From an uncultured Gemmatimonadaceae bacterium (GTDB lineage: Bacteria; Gemmatimonadota; Gemmatimonadetes; Gemmatimonadales; Gemmatimonadaceae): DNA of 64,000 nucleotides. The position numbers were made by a program, and so were the translations under genes. Positions 48,261 through 59,332 of the stretch are shown here, in pieces (the stretch's first letter is position 1; the number at the start of each line of letters is the position of its first letter). The stretch covers positions 64,001 to 128,000 of the forward strand of contig CAWBOC010000009.1 in the NCBI GenBank assembly GCA_963790305.1. The letters run 5' to 3'. A model generated the notes under the pieces. That model was given only the letters and a program-made list of their open reading frames with translations. It ran no database searches and was not told the origin of the DNA.

Positions 48261-48415
48261 GAGCTAGGGGTCAGGAGTCAGGAGTCAGGGATGGAAAGGC
48301 AAACGGCCGCGCAGCGCGCGGCCGTTTGCTCATCCGATGAGTGCCGCACGCGCGAAGCGCGGCGGCACCTTTCCTCCCCTGACCCCTGACTCCTGACCCC
48401 TGACCCCTTACTCCA
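48258..48415. repeat. Heptamer-armed multibranch hairpin upstream of valS
   Basis: TAGGAGC TAGGGGT CAGGAGT CAGGAGT CAGGGAT GGAAAGG ... CCTTTCC tcc CCTGACC CCTGACT CCTGACC CCTGACC CCTTACT; three internal hairpins. Confidence 0.88.
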
Positions 48416-48442
48416 GCCCGACGCTTAGACTTTTTTTCACTC

Positions 48443-51244
48443 ATGCCGAGCTCCTCCCTCGATTCCCTCTCCGCCCAGTTCGACCCTGTCGCCATCGAGC
48501 GCCCGATCTACGAGCGCTGGCGCGCAGCAGGCGTGTTTACCGCCATTGCCGCGCGATCCAATCGAGTGGGCGGGGATCGCGAGCCGTTCACGATCGTGAT
48601 CCCGCCGCCGAACGTCACGGCGGTGCTGCACATGGGGCATGGCCTCGACAACGTTGCGCAGGACGTGCTCATGCGGTGGCGCCGCATGGCCGGCGACGAG
48701 GCGCTGTGGGTGCCTGGGACCGATCACGCCGGCATCGCGACGCAGAACGTCGTCGAGAAGCTCATCTGGAACACGGAGCGGAAAACCCGGTTCGACGTTG
48801 GGCGGGAGGAGTTCGTCAAGCGCACCGAGGCGTTCGTGCGTGAAACCGGTGGAGCGATCCTGAAGCAGCTCGAGGCGATCGGAAGCTCGTGCGACTGGTC
48901 GCGCACTGCCTACACGCTCTCGCCCGAGCTGTCGCGCGCGGTGCGCGAAGCATTCGTCCGGCTGTACGAGAAGGGGCTCGTCTACCGCGGTCACCGGGTG
49001 ATCCATTGGTGCCCGCGGTGCCTCACGTCGCTGTCCGACGAGGAGGCCGAGCCGCACGAGACCACCGGCAAGCTGTACCACATCGCGTATCCGCTTGCGG
49101 ACGCGCCGGAGCGCTCGCTGGTCATCGCCACGACGCGGCCCGAGACGATGCTCGGTGACGTCGCGGTCGCCGTGAATCCGAATGACGAACGCTATCGCGA
49201 CCTCATCGGTCGCCGCGTCGTGCTGCCGATCGTGAATCTCGAGATTCCGGTCATTGCCGACGACTACGCCGATCCGGCGTTCGGCACCGGGGTCGTGAAG
49301 ATCACCCCCGCCCACGATGCGAACGACTTCGATGTCGGGATGCGGCACACCTTGCCGATGCCGGTGATCATCGATGAGCACGCCGTGGTGCGCGAGGTGA
49401 GTGATGCGCAGGGGCGCGTGCCTGACGAGCTCCACGGGCTCGATCGCTTCGAGGCGCGCGAGCGCATCGTCGAGCGGCTGCGCGCAAACGGCCAGCTCGT
49501 GAACGTCGAAACACATCACCATTCGGTTCGGCGATGCTATCGCTGCGACACCGTCGTCGAGCCGCGCCTGAGCGACCAGTGGTTCGTGCGCATGAAGCCG
49601 CTCGCCGAGCCGGCCCTCCAGGCGGTGCGCGACGGCACGATTCGCATCGTTCCGGATCGGTGGGAGGGCGTCTACGTCCACTGGATGGAGAACATCCGCG
49701 ACTGGAATATCTCGCGGCAGCTCTGGTGGGGACACCGCATTCCGGTGTGGTACTGCGACGCCTGCGGGACGCAAACCGCCAGCCGAACGGACATCGATCG
49801 GTGTCCGAAGTGCGCGGGCGCGGTTCGTCAGGATGAAGACGTGCTCGACACCTGGTTCTCGTCCTGGCTGTGGCCGCTCTCGACGCTCGGCTGGCCCGAC
49901 GCGAATGCACCTGACTATCGCGCCTTTTATCCCACGGATGTCCTCGTCACCGGGCCGGACATCCTGTTCTTCTGGGTCGCCCGCATGATCATGGCCGGCT
50001 ACTTCCTCGACGGCCGGCACGCGTTCCATACCGTGTTTCTCCACGGCATCGTGCGCGACACGCAGCATCGCAAGATGTCCAAGTCGCTCGCGAACGGAAT
50101 CGACCCCCTGGACGTGGTCAACCTGTACGGGGCCGATGCGCTGCGGTGGACAGTGGTCTCGGGGATGGGACTCGGCGTCGATCAGATTCTCGACCCGAAC
50201 AACCTCGAGCAGTCGTTCTCGCCCGGCCGCAACTTCGCCACGAAGCTCTGGAACATCGGCCGGTTCCTGTTAGGCAACCTCGGCGGCGACGAGGTGCTGC
50301 CGCTGACCGAGATGGACACGGCCCGCCTCACGCGCGCTGATCGGTGGATTCTTTCGCGGCTCAACGACGCCATCACGAACATCGAGTCGGCGTTGGGAGC
50401 CGCGCGCCCACCGCGAGGAGTCGTCGGGCGGTGGCCCGAAGGCTCGGCGCGCCTCGGCATGCGCCTCGACGCCTATGCCGAGGTCGCGCGTCGCTTCGTC
50501 TGGGACGAGGTTGCCGACTGGTACGTCGAGGTGTCGAAGGGCCGGCTTGGCGAGAATAGCCCTGACCGCGACGTCGCACGCGCCGTGCTCGTGCATGTGT
50601 TCGATCGCGCACTGCGACTGCTGCACCCGATCGTCCCGTTCATTACCGAGGCGCTCTGGCAGCGTCTTCCCGGCCGGCGCGAGGATGAGCTTCTTGCCGC
50701 GGCCGCGTGGCCGGTCGTTGACGAGCGACTGGGCGCTGTGGAGCGCGAGTTCGAGGAGGTTCGCGCCGCGGTGACCGCCATTCGTCGGCTGCGGGCCGAA
50801 TACGCGGTTCCGCCTGGAACGGTGGTGGATGTATCCCTGTCCCCGCCGGCAGAAGCGGCCGGTCTTGCCGCGGCCAACGGACGATGGGCGGAGATCGCAC
50901 TCCGTGAGGAGGCAGCGCTCATTGGCCGCCTGACGAGGAGCCGCGTGGTGATTGCCGCGCAAGCACCCACCGGTGCCGCGGCGCACGCCGTCCTCCCGAG
51001 TCATTGGTCGATCATCGTCCCGCTGGAGGGCCTCATCGATGTGAGGCGCGAATGCGAACGCCAACGCGGCGAGCTAGCTAATCTCGAGAAGCAGCTGAGC
51101 GCGCTCGGCGCTCGCCTGGAGAACTCCAACTTTCTCTCGCGCGCAAAGCCCGAGATCGTCGAGGCGGAGCGGGCCAAGCACCGGGAGTGGTCGGCGCGGC
51201 GTCTCGTCCTCGCGGAGAAGGTGAAAGCGCTGTGCGGCGACTGA
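48443..51244 (+). CDS. valS: Valyl-tRNA synthetase
   Basis: PPPNVT, HMGH, ATTRPET, ISRQLWWGHRIP, DVLDTWFSS, KMSKS, C-terminal coiled coil. Confidence 0.98.
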   Translation: MPSSSLDSLSAQFDPVAIERPIYERWRAAGVFTAIAARSNRVGGDREPFTIVIPPPNVTAVLHMGHGLDNVAQDVLMRWRRMAGDEALWVPGTDHAGIATQNVVEKLIWNTERKTRFDVGREEFVKRTEAFVRETGGAILKQLEAIGSSCDWSRTAYTLSPELSRAVREAFVRLYEKGLVYRGHRVIHWCPRCLTSLSDEEAEPHETTGKLYHIAYPLADAPERSLVIATTRPETMLGDVAVAVNPNDERYRDLIGRRVVLPIVNLEIPVIADDYADPAFGTGVVKITPAHDANDFDVGMRHTLPMPVIIDEHAVVREVSDAQGRVPDELHGLDRFEARERIVERLRANGQLVNVETHHHSVRRCYRCDTVVEPRLSDQWFVRMKPLAEPALQAVRDGTIRIVPDRWEGVYVHWMENIRDWNISRQLWWGHRIPVWYCDACGTQTASRTDIDRCPKCAGAVRQDEDVLDTWFSSWLWPLSTLGWPDANAPDYRAFYPTDVLVTGPDILFFWVARMIMAGYFLDGRHAFHTVFLHGIVRDTQHRKMSKSLANGIDPLDVVNLYGADALRWTVVSGMGLGVDQILDPNNLEQSFSPGRNFATKLWNIGRFLLGNLGGDEVLPLTEMDTARLTRADRWILSRLNDAITNIESALGAARPPRGVVGRWPEGSARLGMRLDAYAEVARRFVWDEVADWYVEVSKGRLGENSPDRDVARAVLVHVFDRALRLLHPIVPFITEALWQRLPGRREDELLAAAAWPVVDERLGAVEREFEEVRAAVTAIRRLRAEYAVPPGTVVDVSLSPPAEAAGLAAANGRWAEIALREEAALIGRLTRSRVVIAAQAPTGAAAHAVLPSHWSIIVPLEGLIDVRRECERQRGELANLEKQLSALGARLENSNFLSRAKPEIVEAERAKHREWSARRLVLAEKVKALCGD

Positions 51245-52365
51245 TCGCCCTCGCCGCGCTGCTCGCGTGCGCGTCACAGGGTGATCCGCCAGGCGGCCCG
51301 CCCGACGCGGTGCCACCCGTGCTCGTCGCCATCGTCCCCGAAAGCGGCGCCGTCAACATGCGGCCGGAGCGGGTGGAGTTTCGCTTCGATGAGGTCGTGA
51401 GCGAACGCCCGGCCGGCGCAGCGTCCCTCGACCAGCTCGTCCTCATTTCGCCGAGCGACGGATTACCTCGCGTGGATTGGCGGCGCCGGTCGATCGCGGT
51501 TCGCCCCCGGCACGAGTGGAAGGCGAACGCGGTCTACACGGTGACACTCCTGCGCGGCATCACCGACTTGCGCGGGAACGTGATGAACGAGGGCGCCTCC
51601 GTGATCTTCGCGACCGGACCGACGATTCCCGATACCCGCATTGCCGGCCTGCTCTACGACTGGGTGGCGGGAGCGCCCGCTCGCGCGGGGGCGGTCGAGG
51701 CAATCGCGCTGCCTGACAGTGTCGTGTATGTCGCGCGAACCGACACTGCCGGTCGGTTCGCGCTCGCCCACCTGCCGCCAGGATCGTACGCGCTGCGTGC
51801 GTGGATCGACGCGAACAACAACCGTGATCTCGATCCGCGTGAGGCATACGACAGCGTGGCTGTCGCGCTGCGCGATACCGCCTCGGTGACGCTGCTCGCA
51901 TTCGTCCACGATACACTCCCGCTACGCATCAACACCGTGGACGTCGTCGACTCCACGACCTTGCGCGTGGAGCTCAGCCAGCCGCTCGATCCCGAGCAGG
52001 CTCTGGACACGACACTGTTCCGTCTCACCGCGGCCGACTCGAGCGCCGTCGCACTGCGGACGGTTCTCGCCGCGGTCGCGTGGGACCGGGCGCAGGCCGA
52101 CTCGATCGCGCGCGCCGACACGACGCGTCGCCCTCCGGCACGGCAGGTGCCCCCCGCCCCACGCGACTCGGTGGTGCTTCCCCGCCCGGTGCCGGTGTCG
52201 CGCTTTGTCGTGGTAACCGCCCTGCCGCTGCAACCCGAGACGTCGTACCGGCTCATCGCCGTGGAAGCGCGCAACCTGCTTGGCCGTGCCGGCACGAGCG
52301 CGCGCGTGTTCACGACGCCGCGTCGCGCGCCTGCTGACACGACGCGACAGGCTCCGCCGCCATGA
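51232..52365 (+). CDS. Lipoprotein with bacterial Ig-like domain
   Basis: Lipobox LLA-C, then PPGGPPD.VPP, FDEVV, ITDLRGN, DANNNRDLD. Confidence 0.8.
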   Translation: MRRLIALAALLACASQGDPPGGPPDAVPPVLVAIVPESGAVNMRPERVEFRFDEVVSERPAGAASLDQLVLISPSDGLPRVDWRRRSIAVRPRHEWKANAVYTVTLLRGITDLRGNVMNEGASVIFATGPTIPDTRIAGLLYDWVAGAPARAGAVEAIALPDSVVYVARTDTAGRFALAHLPPGSYALRAWIDANNNRDLDPREAYDSVAVALRDTASVTLLAFVHDTLPLRINTVDVVDSTTLRVELSQPLDPEQALDTTLFRLTAADSSAVALRTVLAAVAWDRAQADSIARADTTRRPPARQVPPAPRDSVVLPRPVPVSRFVVVTALPLQPETSYRLIAVEARNLLGRAGTSARVFTTPRRAPADTTRQAPPP

Positions 52366-53716
52366 CCGACCCCCGGCGGGCATTGCCCAGCATCAGCGCT
52401 CTGCTCGAGAGCGACACCGTGCGCCCGCTCCTCGCCTCGGCGCCACGGGAGCTCGTGGTGAACGCCGTGCGCGATGCGGTCGCGGCCGCACGCGATGCGG
52501 TCGATGCTCCGCGTGATGCCGGCGAGTGGGGCGACGGCCATTCGTGACGCCCTCGCAATGCGGCAGCGGCGGTCGCTGCGGCCGGTCATCAATGCCACCG
52601 GCGTCATCCTTCACACGAACCTCGGCCGCGCTCCGCTCGCGACCGCGGCCGTGGAGGCGATTCGAGACGTCGCGGACGGCTATTCCAACCTCGAGTACGA
52701 TCTCGACCGTGGCACGCGCGGGTCGCGCTACGCGCATTGCGTGGGGCTGCTGCGTGAGCTCACTGGCGCCGAGGATGCGCTCGTCGTCAACAACGGCGCC
52801 GCCGCGCTGGTCCTGGCGCTGAATACGCTTGCGGAGGGTCAGCTCGCGATCGTGTCGCGTGGCGAGCTGGTCGAGATCGGGGGCAGCTTCCGCATTCCCG
52901 ACATCATGGCGAAGAGCGGAGCTCGGCTCGCTGAAGTGGGAACCACGAACCGTACGCATCTCGGCGGACTATGAGCGCGCGCTCGTGGGAGGCGGAGTCA
53001 TCGTCAAGATCCACCGGAGCAATTTTGCGCTGCAGGGCTTCGTCGCCGACGTCTCGCTGGGCGAGCTCGCGAACCTCGCGGCGCCCCGTGAGGTGCCTGT
53101 CATCTACGACCTCGGCAGCGGTCTGCTGCTCTCACTCGAGCGCTTCGGCCTAACGGGTGAGCCCATCGCAGCCGACGTCATACGCGACGGGGCGACCGTC
53201 GTCACGATGAGCGGCGACAAGCTCCTCGGTGGACCGCAGGCGGGCATCCTGCTCGGGCGCCGCACCGCCATCGAGCGCATTCGGACGAACCCGCTCACGC
53301 GAGCACTTCGTGTCGACAAGCTCACGCTGGCCGCGCTCGAGGCGACGCTGACACTCTACCGCGAACCCGCGCGCGCATTCCGCGAGATCCCGACCCTCCG
53401 CATGATCTCACACGACGTCGGCGAGCTGCGCGCGCGGGCCCGGTCGATCGCGGAACGGCTGTCGTTGCGAGGCATCGCGTGCGAGGTCGTGGAAACCGAC
53501 GCCAGCATCGGCGGCGGCTCGTTTCCAACGGCGCACATTGCATCCGCGGCCGTCGCCTTGTCTGGAAACCCCGAGTATCTCGACGTTCGCCTCCGCGCCG
53601 CGGACCCTCCCGTGGTCTCCCGCATTCTCGACGGGCGCCTTCTTCTCGATGTCCGCACCGTGCAGCCGGAGCTCGACGAGGAGCTCGCCGGCATTCTCGA
53701 GCGCGCGCTGGCGTGA
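52362..53716 (+). CDS. selA: L-seryl-tRNA(Sec) selenium transferase (indels near 52530 and 52965)
   Basis: [67 protein letters not shown]. Confidence 0.94.
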
Positions 53717-54285
53717 CGGTCTCGCGCCCCGCTGCGTTCCTCGACCGCGACGGGACGATCATCCACGACGTCGACTACATCTCGCGGCCCGACGATGTTC
53801 AGCTGCTTCCAGGCGCGGCGGAGGCGATACGGTCGCTGAACAATGCCGGCGTTCCCGTCATCGTCGTCTCGAACCAGTCAGGTCTCGGGCGCGGCTATTT
53901 CACCTACGATGATTACGAGCGCGTGCGTGCCCGGATCGAGGAGCTGCTGCATGCCGCTGGGGCGCATGTCGACGCGACATACATTTGTCCCCACCCACCT
54001 ACGACGCCGGCCGCCTGTGCGTGTCGCAAACCGGGCGTCGGCCTCTTCGAGCAGGCAGCGAAGGAGCACGGGCTCGACCTCGCTGGCTCCTGGTACGCTG
54101 GCGACAAATGGCGCGACGTGCAGCCCGGGCTCACGCTGCACGGCCACGGCTTTCTGATACGCGCTCCCTCCACACCTCCCGAGGACCTCCAGCGCGCACA
54201 GAGAAGCGGCATTGTTCGCGACTCACTAACCGATGTCGCCCGGGAGATCATCGCCACCCTTACAGGCGGGCAGAGCACGCGATAA
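53713..54285 (+). CDS. gmhB: HAD IIIA phosphatase, GmhB-like
   Basis: FLDRDGT, SNQSG, CPH..CACRKP, GDK. Confidence 0.88.
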   Translation: MTVSRPAAFLDRDGTIIHDVDYISRPDDVQLLPGAAEAIRSLNNAGVPVIVVSNQSGLGRGYFTYDDYERVRARIEELLHAAGAHVDATYICPHPPTTPAACACRKPGVGLFEQAAKEHGLDLAGSWYAGDKWRDVQPGLTLHGHGFLIRAPSTPPEDLQRAQRSGIVRDSLTDVAREIIATLTGGQSTR

Positions 54286-54296
54286 CATCTGCGCAG

Positions 54297-54989
54297 ATGA
54301 CGGCGCGGATCGCAGTGTTCGCCTCCGGGCGCGGCTCCAACCTGCAGGCCCTGTACACGTATCTCGAGCGTGCTGGTGGCGCCGAGGTGGTGCTCGTCGC
54401 CTCCGATCGCGCCGCGAGCGGAGCGCTCACGTGGGCACGTGACCATGGAATCACCACGTCGACGCTCGGCTCCGGCGGCGATGACGCGAACGCGATCCTT
54501 CAGCTGCTGGCAGCATCACGGGTCGACTGCGTCGTACTGGCCGGCTACCTCCGACTGGTGCCCGCCGAAGTCGTACGGGTGTATCGAGGCCGGATCGTGA
54601 ACGTGCATCCAGCCCTGCTGCCCGCGTTCGGTGGTTCGGGCATGTACGGCGCGCGTGTTCATCGCGCGGTCCTCGCATCGGGCGCCCGGGTGAGCGGGCC
54701 AACCGTGCATTTCGTCGACGAGGTATACGATCACGGCGCGATCATCGCCCAATGGCCAGTTCCGGTTTTCCCCGGTGACACGGAAGCGGCACTCGCCGCG
54801 CGCGTGCTGCGCGCCGAGCATTTGCTGCTGCCGCGCGTGGCACATCTCGTCGCGGTCGGTCGCGTCACCTTGAACGGCGGCTCGCGCGCAACCGCTGGTC
54901 AGTCCCCGCACGAGCGTACTGCCTTTCTCCTTGCCACACCGGAGGATGATGCTCTTGCCGAAAGCATGGCGAGCGCGGTCAACGGCTAG
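54297..54989 (+). CDS. purN: Phosphoribosylglycinamide formyltransferase
   Basis: ASGRGSNLQA, LAGYLR, NVHPALLP, TVHFVDEVYDHG. Confidence 0.96.
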   Translation: MTARIAVFASGRGSNLQALYTYLERAGGAEVVLVASDRAASGALTWARDHGITTSTLGSGGDDANAILQLLAASRVDCVVLAGYLRLVPAEVVRVYRGRIVNVHPALLPAFGGSGMYGARVHRAVLASGARVSGPTVHFVDEVYDHGAIIAQWPVPVFPGDTEAALAARVLRAEHLLLPRVAHLVAVGRVTLNGGSRATAGQSPHERTAFLLATPEDDALAESMASAVNG

Positions 54990-57016
54990 CGCCGTCGCGC
55001 TCCTCATAGTTGCGTCACCGGCGTCGAGTCAGCGCCGTGCGGTCGATGCCATCGCGACCTGGATTGCGCTCGACGCGCCGGTTGGACATGAGCAGCTCGC
55101 GACGGACATCATTCGTCGCGAGCTGCCAGGCTGGTCGCGCGACCGCACGGGCAATCTCCTCATGCGTCGCGGCACGGGAACGCCGCGCAGAGTCGTCGCC
55201 TGCGCGCTCGATCAGGGGGCGTACGTGGTTTCGGCGATTACTCCGAGCGGCTATTTGCGCCTGCACGGCTCGGGAAATCCTCGACGTCATCTGCTGTGGG
55301 ATCAGTTCCACGAGGGCCAACGCGTGCGCGTGCTCACGCGCGCGGGCGCGGTGCAAGGTGTCATCGCGGTTCGCAGCACTCACCTCTGGCGTCGTCGTTC
55401 GGCGGACACACTCATCGCATCCGTCGACGACATGTGGGTCGACGTTGGCGCGCGCAGCCCCGCCGACGTTCGCGCGCGCGGCATCGAGATGCTCGATCCT
55501 GTCGTTCGCGAGTGGCCTTCGTGGCGCTACGGTGAGTTCGTTGCCGGTCCTGGCGCGGCAACGCGCGCCGCGTGCGCCGCGGTGGCGGCCGCTTCGCGGC
55601 AAACACCGGCTGGCGGCGAAACGGTGTACATCCTCGCCGCCCAGTCGGCGTTCAACCACGTGGGACTCGCCGCGGCGCTTGCCGAGCTCGGAAGCGCCGA
55701 CACCGTGACTCTCGTCGATCCGTCGATAGGCGATACGACCGAGACTGTTCAGTCGCGACGCGCCGCCGCCCTTCCCTTCAACCTCCCCGCGGGAGTGCGC
55801 ATTCAGGCAACGATGGTGCTCGGGGCACGCTCGGCATTCCGGGGAACGCTTGCCGAGAGCATCCAGGAAGGCGATGCGCGGGTCCTACTCGGCGAAGTGC
55901 TCGAGGCGGCGGGTGTGAGCGCTACCAATGTGACGTGGCCATTCCTTCGCGGCGCGACGCCGCTCGCGACGATCGCGCCTCGGCGCGATTCACTCACCCC
56001 GGTCGCCGACTTGTTGGGGTTGCTCGCCGATGAGTATGGGGTGTCCGGACACGAGGAGCCGGTGCGCAACGCCGTGCGCAACGCACTTCCTGCGTGGGCT
56101 CGCACGATCGCGCGCGTGGATACGGCCGGCAACCTGATCGTCGCGATAGGCCCGGAGCGTGACACGGTGGTATTCGTCGCGCACCTCGATGAGATCGGCT
56201 TCGAGGTCACGTCGATATCGGCCAATGGTCAGGTTTCGCTGCGCCAACGCGGCGGGTTCTACCCATCACTGTTCGAAGGACAGCCCGCGCTCCTGCATCT
56301 CCCACCGCGACCGCAGGACACCGCGAGCTTCATCCGCGGGGTGTTCGTGCCGCGCAGGACCGTGACGTCGAAGCAGCCGCAAAACCTCACCGCCTGGTTT
56401 GGTGTCGACTCGGCGGCACTCGTCGCCCGCGGCGTGGCCATCGGACGATCGCTGACGAGCTGGAAGCGGTCTGCGCGCCTGGGCGCCACGCAGGTTCACC
56501 GCACGGTCGATCGACGACCGCGCCGGCTCGGCGGCCCTCGTGTTAGCGCTCGCGCGTCTCGACCGCACGCGCCTTCCGCGGAAGGTGATCTTCGTGTGGT
56601 CCGTTCGCGAGGAAACGGCGTTGGCTGGTGCGGCCGCTGCAGCCGCGACGTTCGGTACGAGCGTGACGCGCGTGCACGCCGTCGACACCTTCGTGTCGGC
56701 TGACTCGCCACTCGAGAGCGGACGATTCGCAGTCGCGCCCATTGGGCGAGGTGCCGTCGTGCGCGCTCTCGACAATTCGAGTATCGCTCCGCGACAGGAG
56801 GTCGAGCGGGTGGTCCGCATCGCACAGGAACAACGCATCCCGCTGCAGGTGGGCACGACCAATGGCGGGAACGACGGGTCGGTGTTCACGCGCTATGGCG
56901 TCGTCGACGTCCCGATCTCGTGGCCGCTGCGCTACAGTCACTCTCCGGCGGAGCTCATCGACCTGGGCGACGTGCATGCGCTCGCCCGACTCGTCGCCGC
57001 ACTCGCGCGCAACTAG
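54946..57016 (+). CDS. Exported tandem M42/M20-type metallopeptidase (indel near 56492)
   Basis: Signal-like N-terminus and two M42-like halves; the second has AHLDEIG, DDRAG, REE, DT, YSHSP. Confidence 0.85.
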
Positions 57017-57022
57017 TCGATC

Positions 57023-58558
57023 ATGCCGCGCGCGCTCCTGTCGGTATCGGACAAGAACGGCTTGACCGAGTTCGCTCGCGGGCTCGTCGCTCTCGGGATG
57101 GGAGCTGATCTCGACCGGCGGAACCGCGCGGGCCCTCCGCGAGGCGGGCCTGTCGGCCACCGACGTCGCGAGCGTCACCGGGTTTCCCGGAGATGCTCGA
57201 CGGTCGGGTCAAGACGCTTCATCCCAAGATTCACGGGGCGCTGCTCGCGCGCCGCGACTCGCCAGAGCACATGCGCGCGCTCGCCGAGCACGAGATTCAG
57301 CCGATCGATCTCGTGGCGGTGAATCTGTATCCATTTCGCGAGGCGGTGTCGCGTCCCGACATCGCGCCGGAAGACGCCATCGAGCAGATCGACATCGGCG
57401 GCCCTTCAATGCTCCGCTCGGCAGCGAAGAACTTTGCATCGGTGTACGCGATCGTGGATCCGAGCGACTATGCGCGCGTTCTGGCTGCGCTGGCGGCGGC
57501 GGATGATGACCTCGATCTGCGCCGCCTGCTCGCCGGGAAAGTGTTCGCGCACACTGCCACGTACGATGCGGCAATCTCGGCGTGGTTCGCGGCGCGGCGT
57601 GGCAATGTCTTCCCCGAGCACATGACGCTGGGGCTGCGAGCGCGCGCAGACCCTGCGGTACGGGGAGAATCCAGACCAGCGTGCGGCCTTTTACGTCGAG
57701 CGCTCAGGTGCTGGACTGGCGAGTCTCGAGCAACGCGGCGGCAAGGAGCTTTCGTTCAACAATCTCCTCGATCTCGAGGGCGCGTTGCTCGCGACCGATC
57801 CTTTTGGCGAGCAGGTCGCCTGCGCGATCGTGAAGCATACGACGCCATGCGGGCTGGCGGTGGGGCGCGACGCTCTCGATGCGTATCGTAAGGCGCTCGC
57901 GTGCGATCCCGTATCCGCATTCGGATCGGTGATCTCGCTGACGGTGCCCGTCGAGGAAGCCGCCGCGGAAGCGATCTCGAGCCTGTTCGTGGAATGCATC
58001 GTGGCTCCTGGCTTCTCGGAGGGCGCGGTGGAGATCCTCGGACGCAAGAAGAACCTTCGCGTGCTTCAGGGCACCGCGCCGTGGCCGCGTGCCTCGGCCG
58101 ACCTGAAGCGAGTTCGTGGTGGCTTGCTGGTGCAGGAGCGCCCGGCGGCCATGGGCGCGTACGAGACGTGGCAGGTCGTCACGCGCCGCACTCCGACCGA
58201 TGCCGAGCGTGACGACCTCCTGTTCGCCTGGCGCGCCGTCGCCACCGTCAAGTCCAACGCGATAGTGCTGGCGCGCGACGGCGCGACCATCGGGATCGGG
58301 GCGGGCCAAATGTCCCGCGTGGACGCGTCCTTTCTCGCGGTGCACAAGGCCCGAACCGCGAGCCACGCGACATCTGGCGCGGTGCTGGGTTCGGATGCGT
58401 TCTTTCCGTTCCGCGACGGCGTCGATCAGGCGGCCGAAGCGGGCATCACCGCCATCGTCCAACCCGGCGGCTCCGTTCGCGATGCCGAGGTGATCGCGGC
58501 GGCCGATGAGCACGGGATGGCGATGGTCTTCACCGGGCAGAGGCAGTTCAGACACTGA
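57023..58558 (+). CDS. purH: Bifunctional AICAR transformylase/IMP cyclohydrolase; several indels
   Basis: [56 protein letters not shown]. Confidence 0.96.
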
Positions 58559-58615
58559 GCAGGTGCTCGAGGCACCTGTTCATCGGCATCGATCTCACCA
58601 TGTACTCGAGCCTGG

Positions 58616-59332
58616 ATGCTGACCGTCGTAGCAGTCGCGGCATGCACCGCCGCACCCCGAGAGTCTTCGACTGCTGACACGAGCGCGCGAGCGCAGGAGA
58701 CAGCCATGACGACCTCGACGTCAGAGCAGGGCGCGGGGGGATGGCGCTCGCTGTTCGACGGCGCGACGACGACCGGCTGGCGCGGATACAAAAGCTCCGA
58801 TGTTCCGGACGGCTGGCGCGTCGTCGACGGCGCGCTCACGCGCGTGGGGGCGGGCGGCGACATCATCACCACGGATCAGTTCGGCAATTTCGAGCTCTCG
58901 CTCGAGTGGAAGGTGCAGCCGCGCGGGAACAGTGGCGTGTTCTATCGCGTGACCGAGGAGGGCGACAACACGTACTTCACCGGCCCGGAAATGCAGGTGC
59001 TCGATGATGCCGGTCACGCCGATGGAAAATCCCGCCTAACGTCCGCCGGCGCCAACTATGGCCTGTACCCGGCTCCCACCGGTGTCGTGCGGCCCGCCGG
59101 GCAGTGGAACGAGGCGCGCATTCTGGCCAACGGAGCGCACGTCGAGCATTGGCTCAACGGCACCAGGATGGTCGAGTACGAGCTCTGGAGTCCGGACTGG
59201 GAGAAGCGCGTGCGTGAGAGCAAGTTCGCGGCGTGGCCAAAATATGGGCGGGCCACCCGCGGACATATCGGCTTGCAGGATCACGGGGATACGGTTGCCT
59301 TCCGCAACATCAAAATCCGGGTGCTGCCATGA
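58616..59332 (+). CDS. DUF1080 lipoprotein (3-keto-disaccharide hydrolase family)
   Basis: VAA-C lipobox; [45 protein letters not shown]. Confidence 0.9.
   Translation: MLTVVAVAACTAAPRESSTADTSARAQETAMTTSTSEQGAGGWRSLFDGATTTGWRGYKSSDVPDGWRVVDGALTRVGAGGDIITTDQFGNFELSLEWKVQPRGNSGVFYRVTEEGDNTYFTGPEMQVLDDAGHADGKSRLTSAGANYGLYPAPTGVVRPAGQWNEARILANGAHVEHWLNGTRMVEYELWSPDWEKRVRESKFAAWPKYGRATRGHIGLQDHGDTVAFRNIKIRVLP

Noticed and set aside
42684..48415. Short tandem repeats as a CRISPR array
   Set aside because: Units are 7-10 nt, inverted and without unique spacers; no cas genes are present.
47360..48442. T-box leaders for thrS or valS
   Set aside because: No T-box consensus or specifier stem is visible.
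43352..50068. Long antisense ORFs (43352-44992, 45180-47363, 48437-50068)
   Set aside because: Shadow frames opposite ptrB, thrS and valS, expected from high-GC codon bias.
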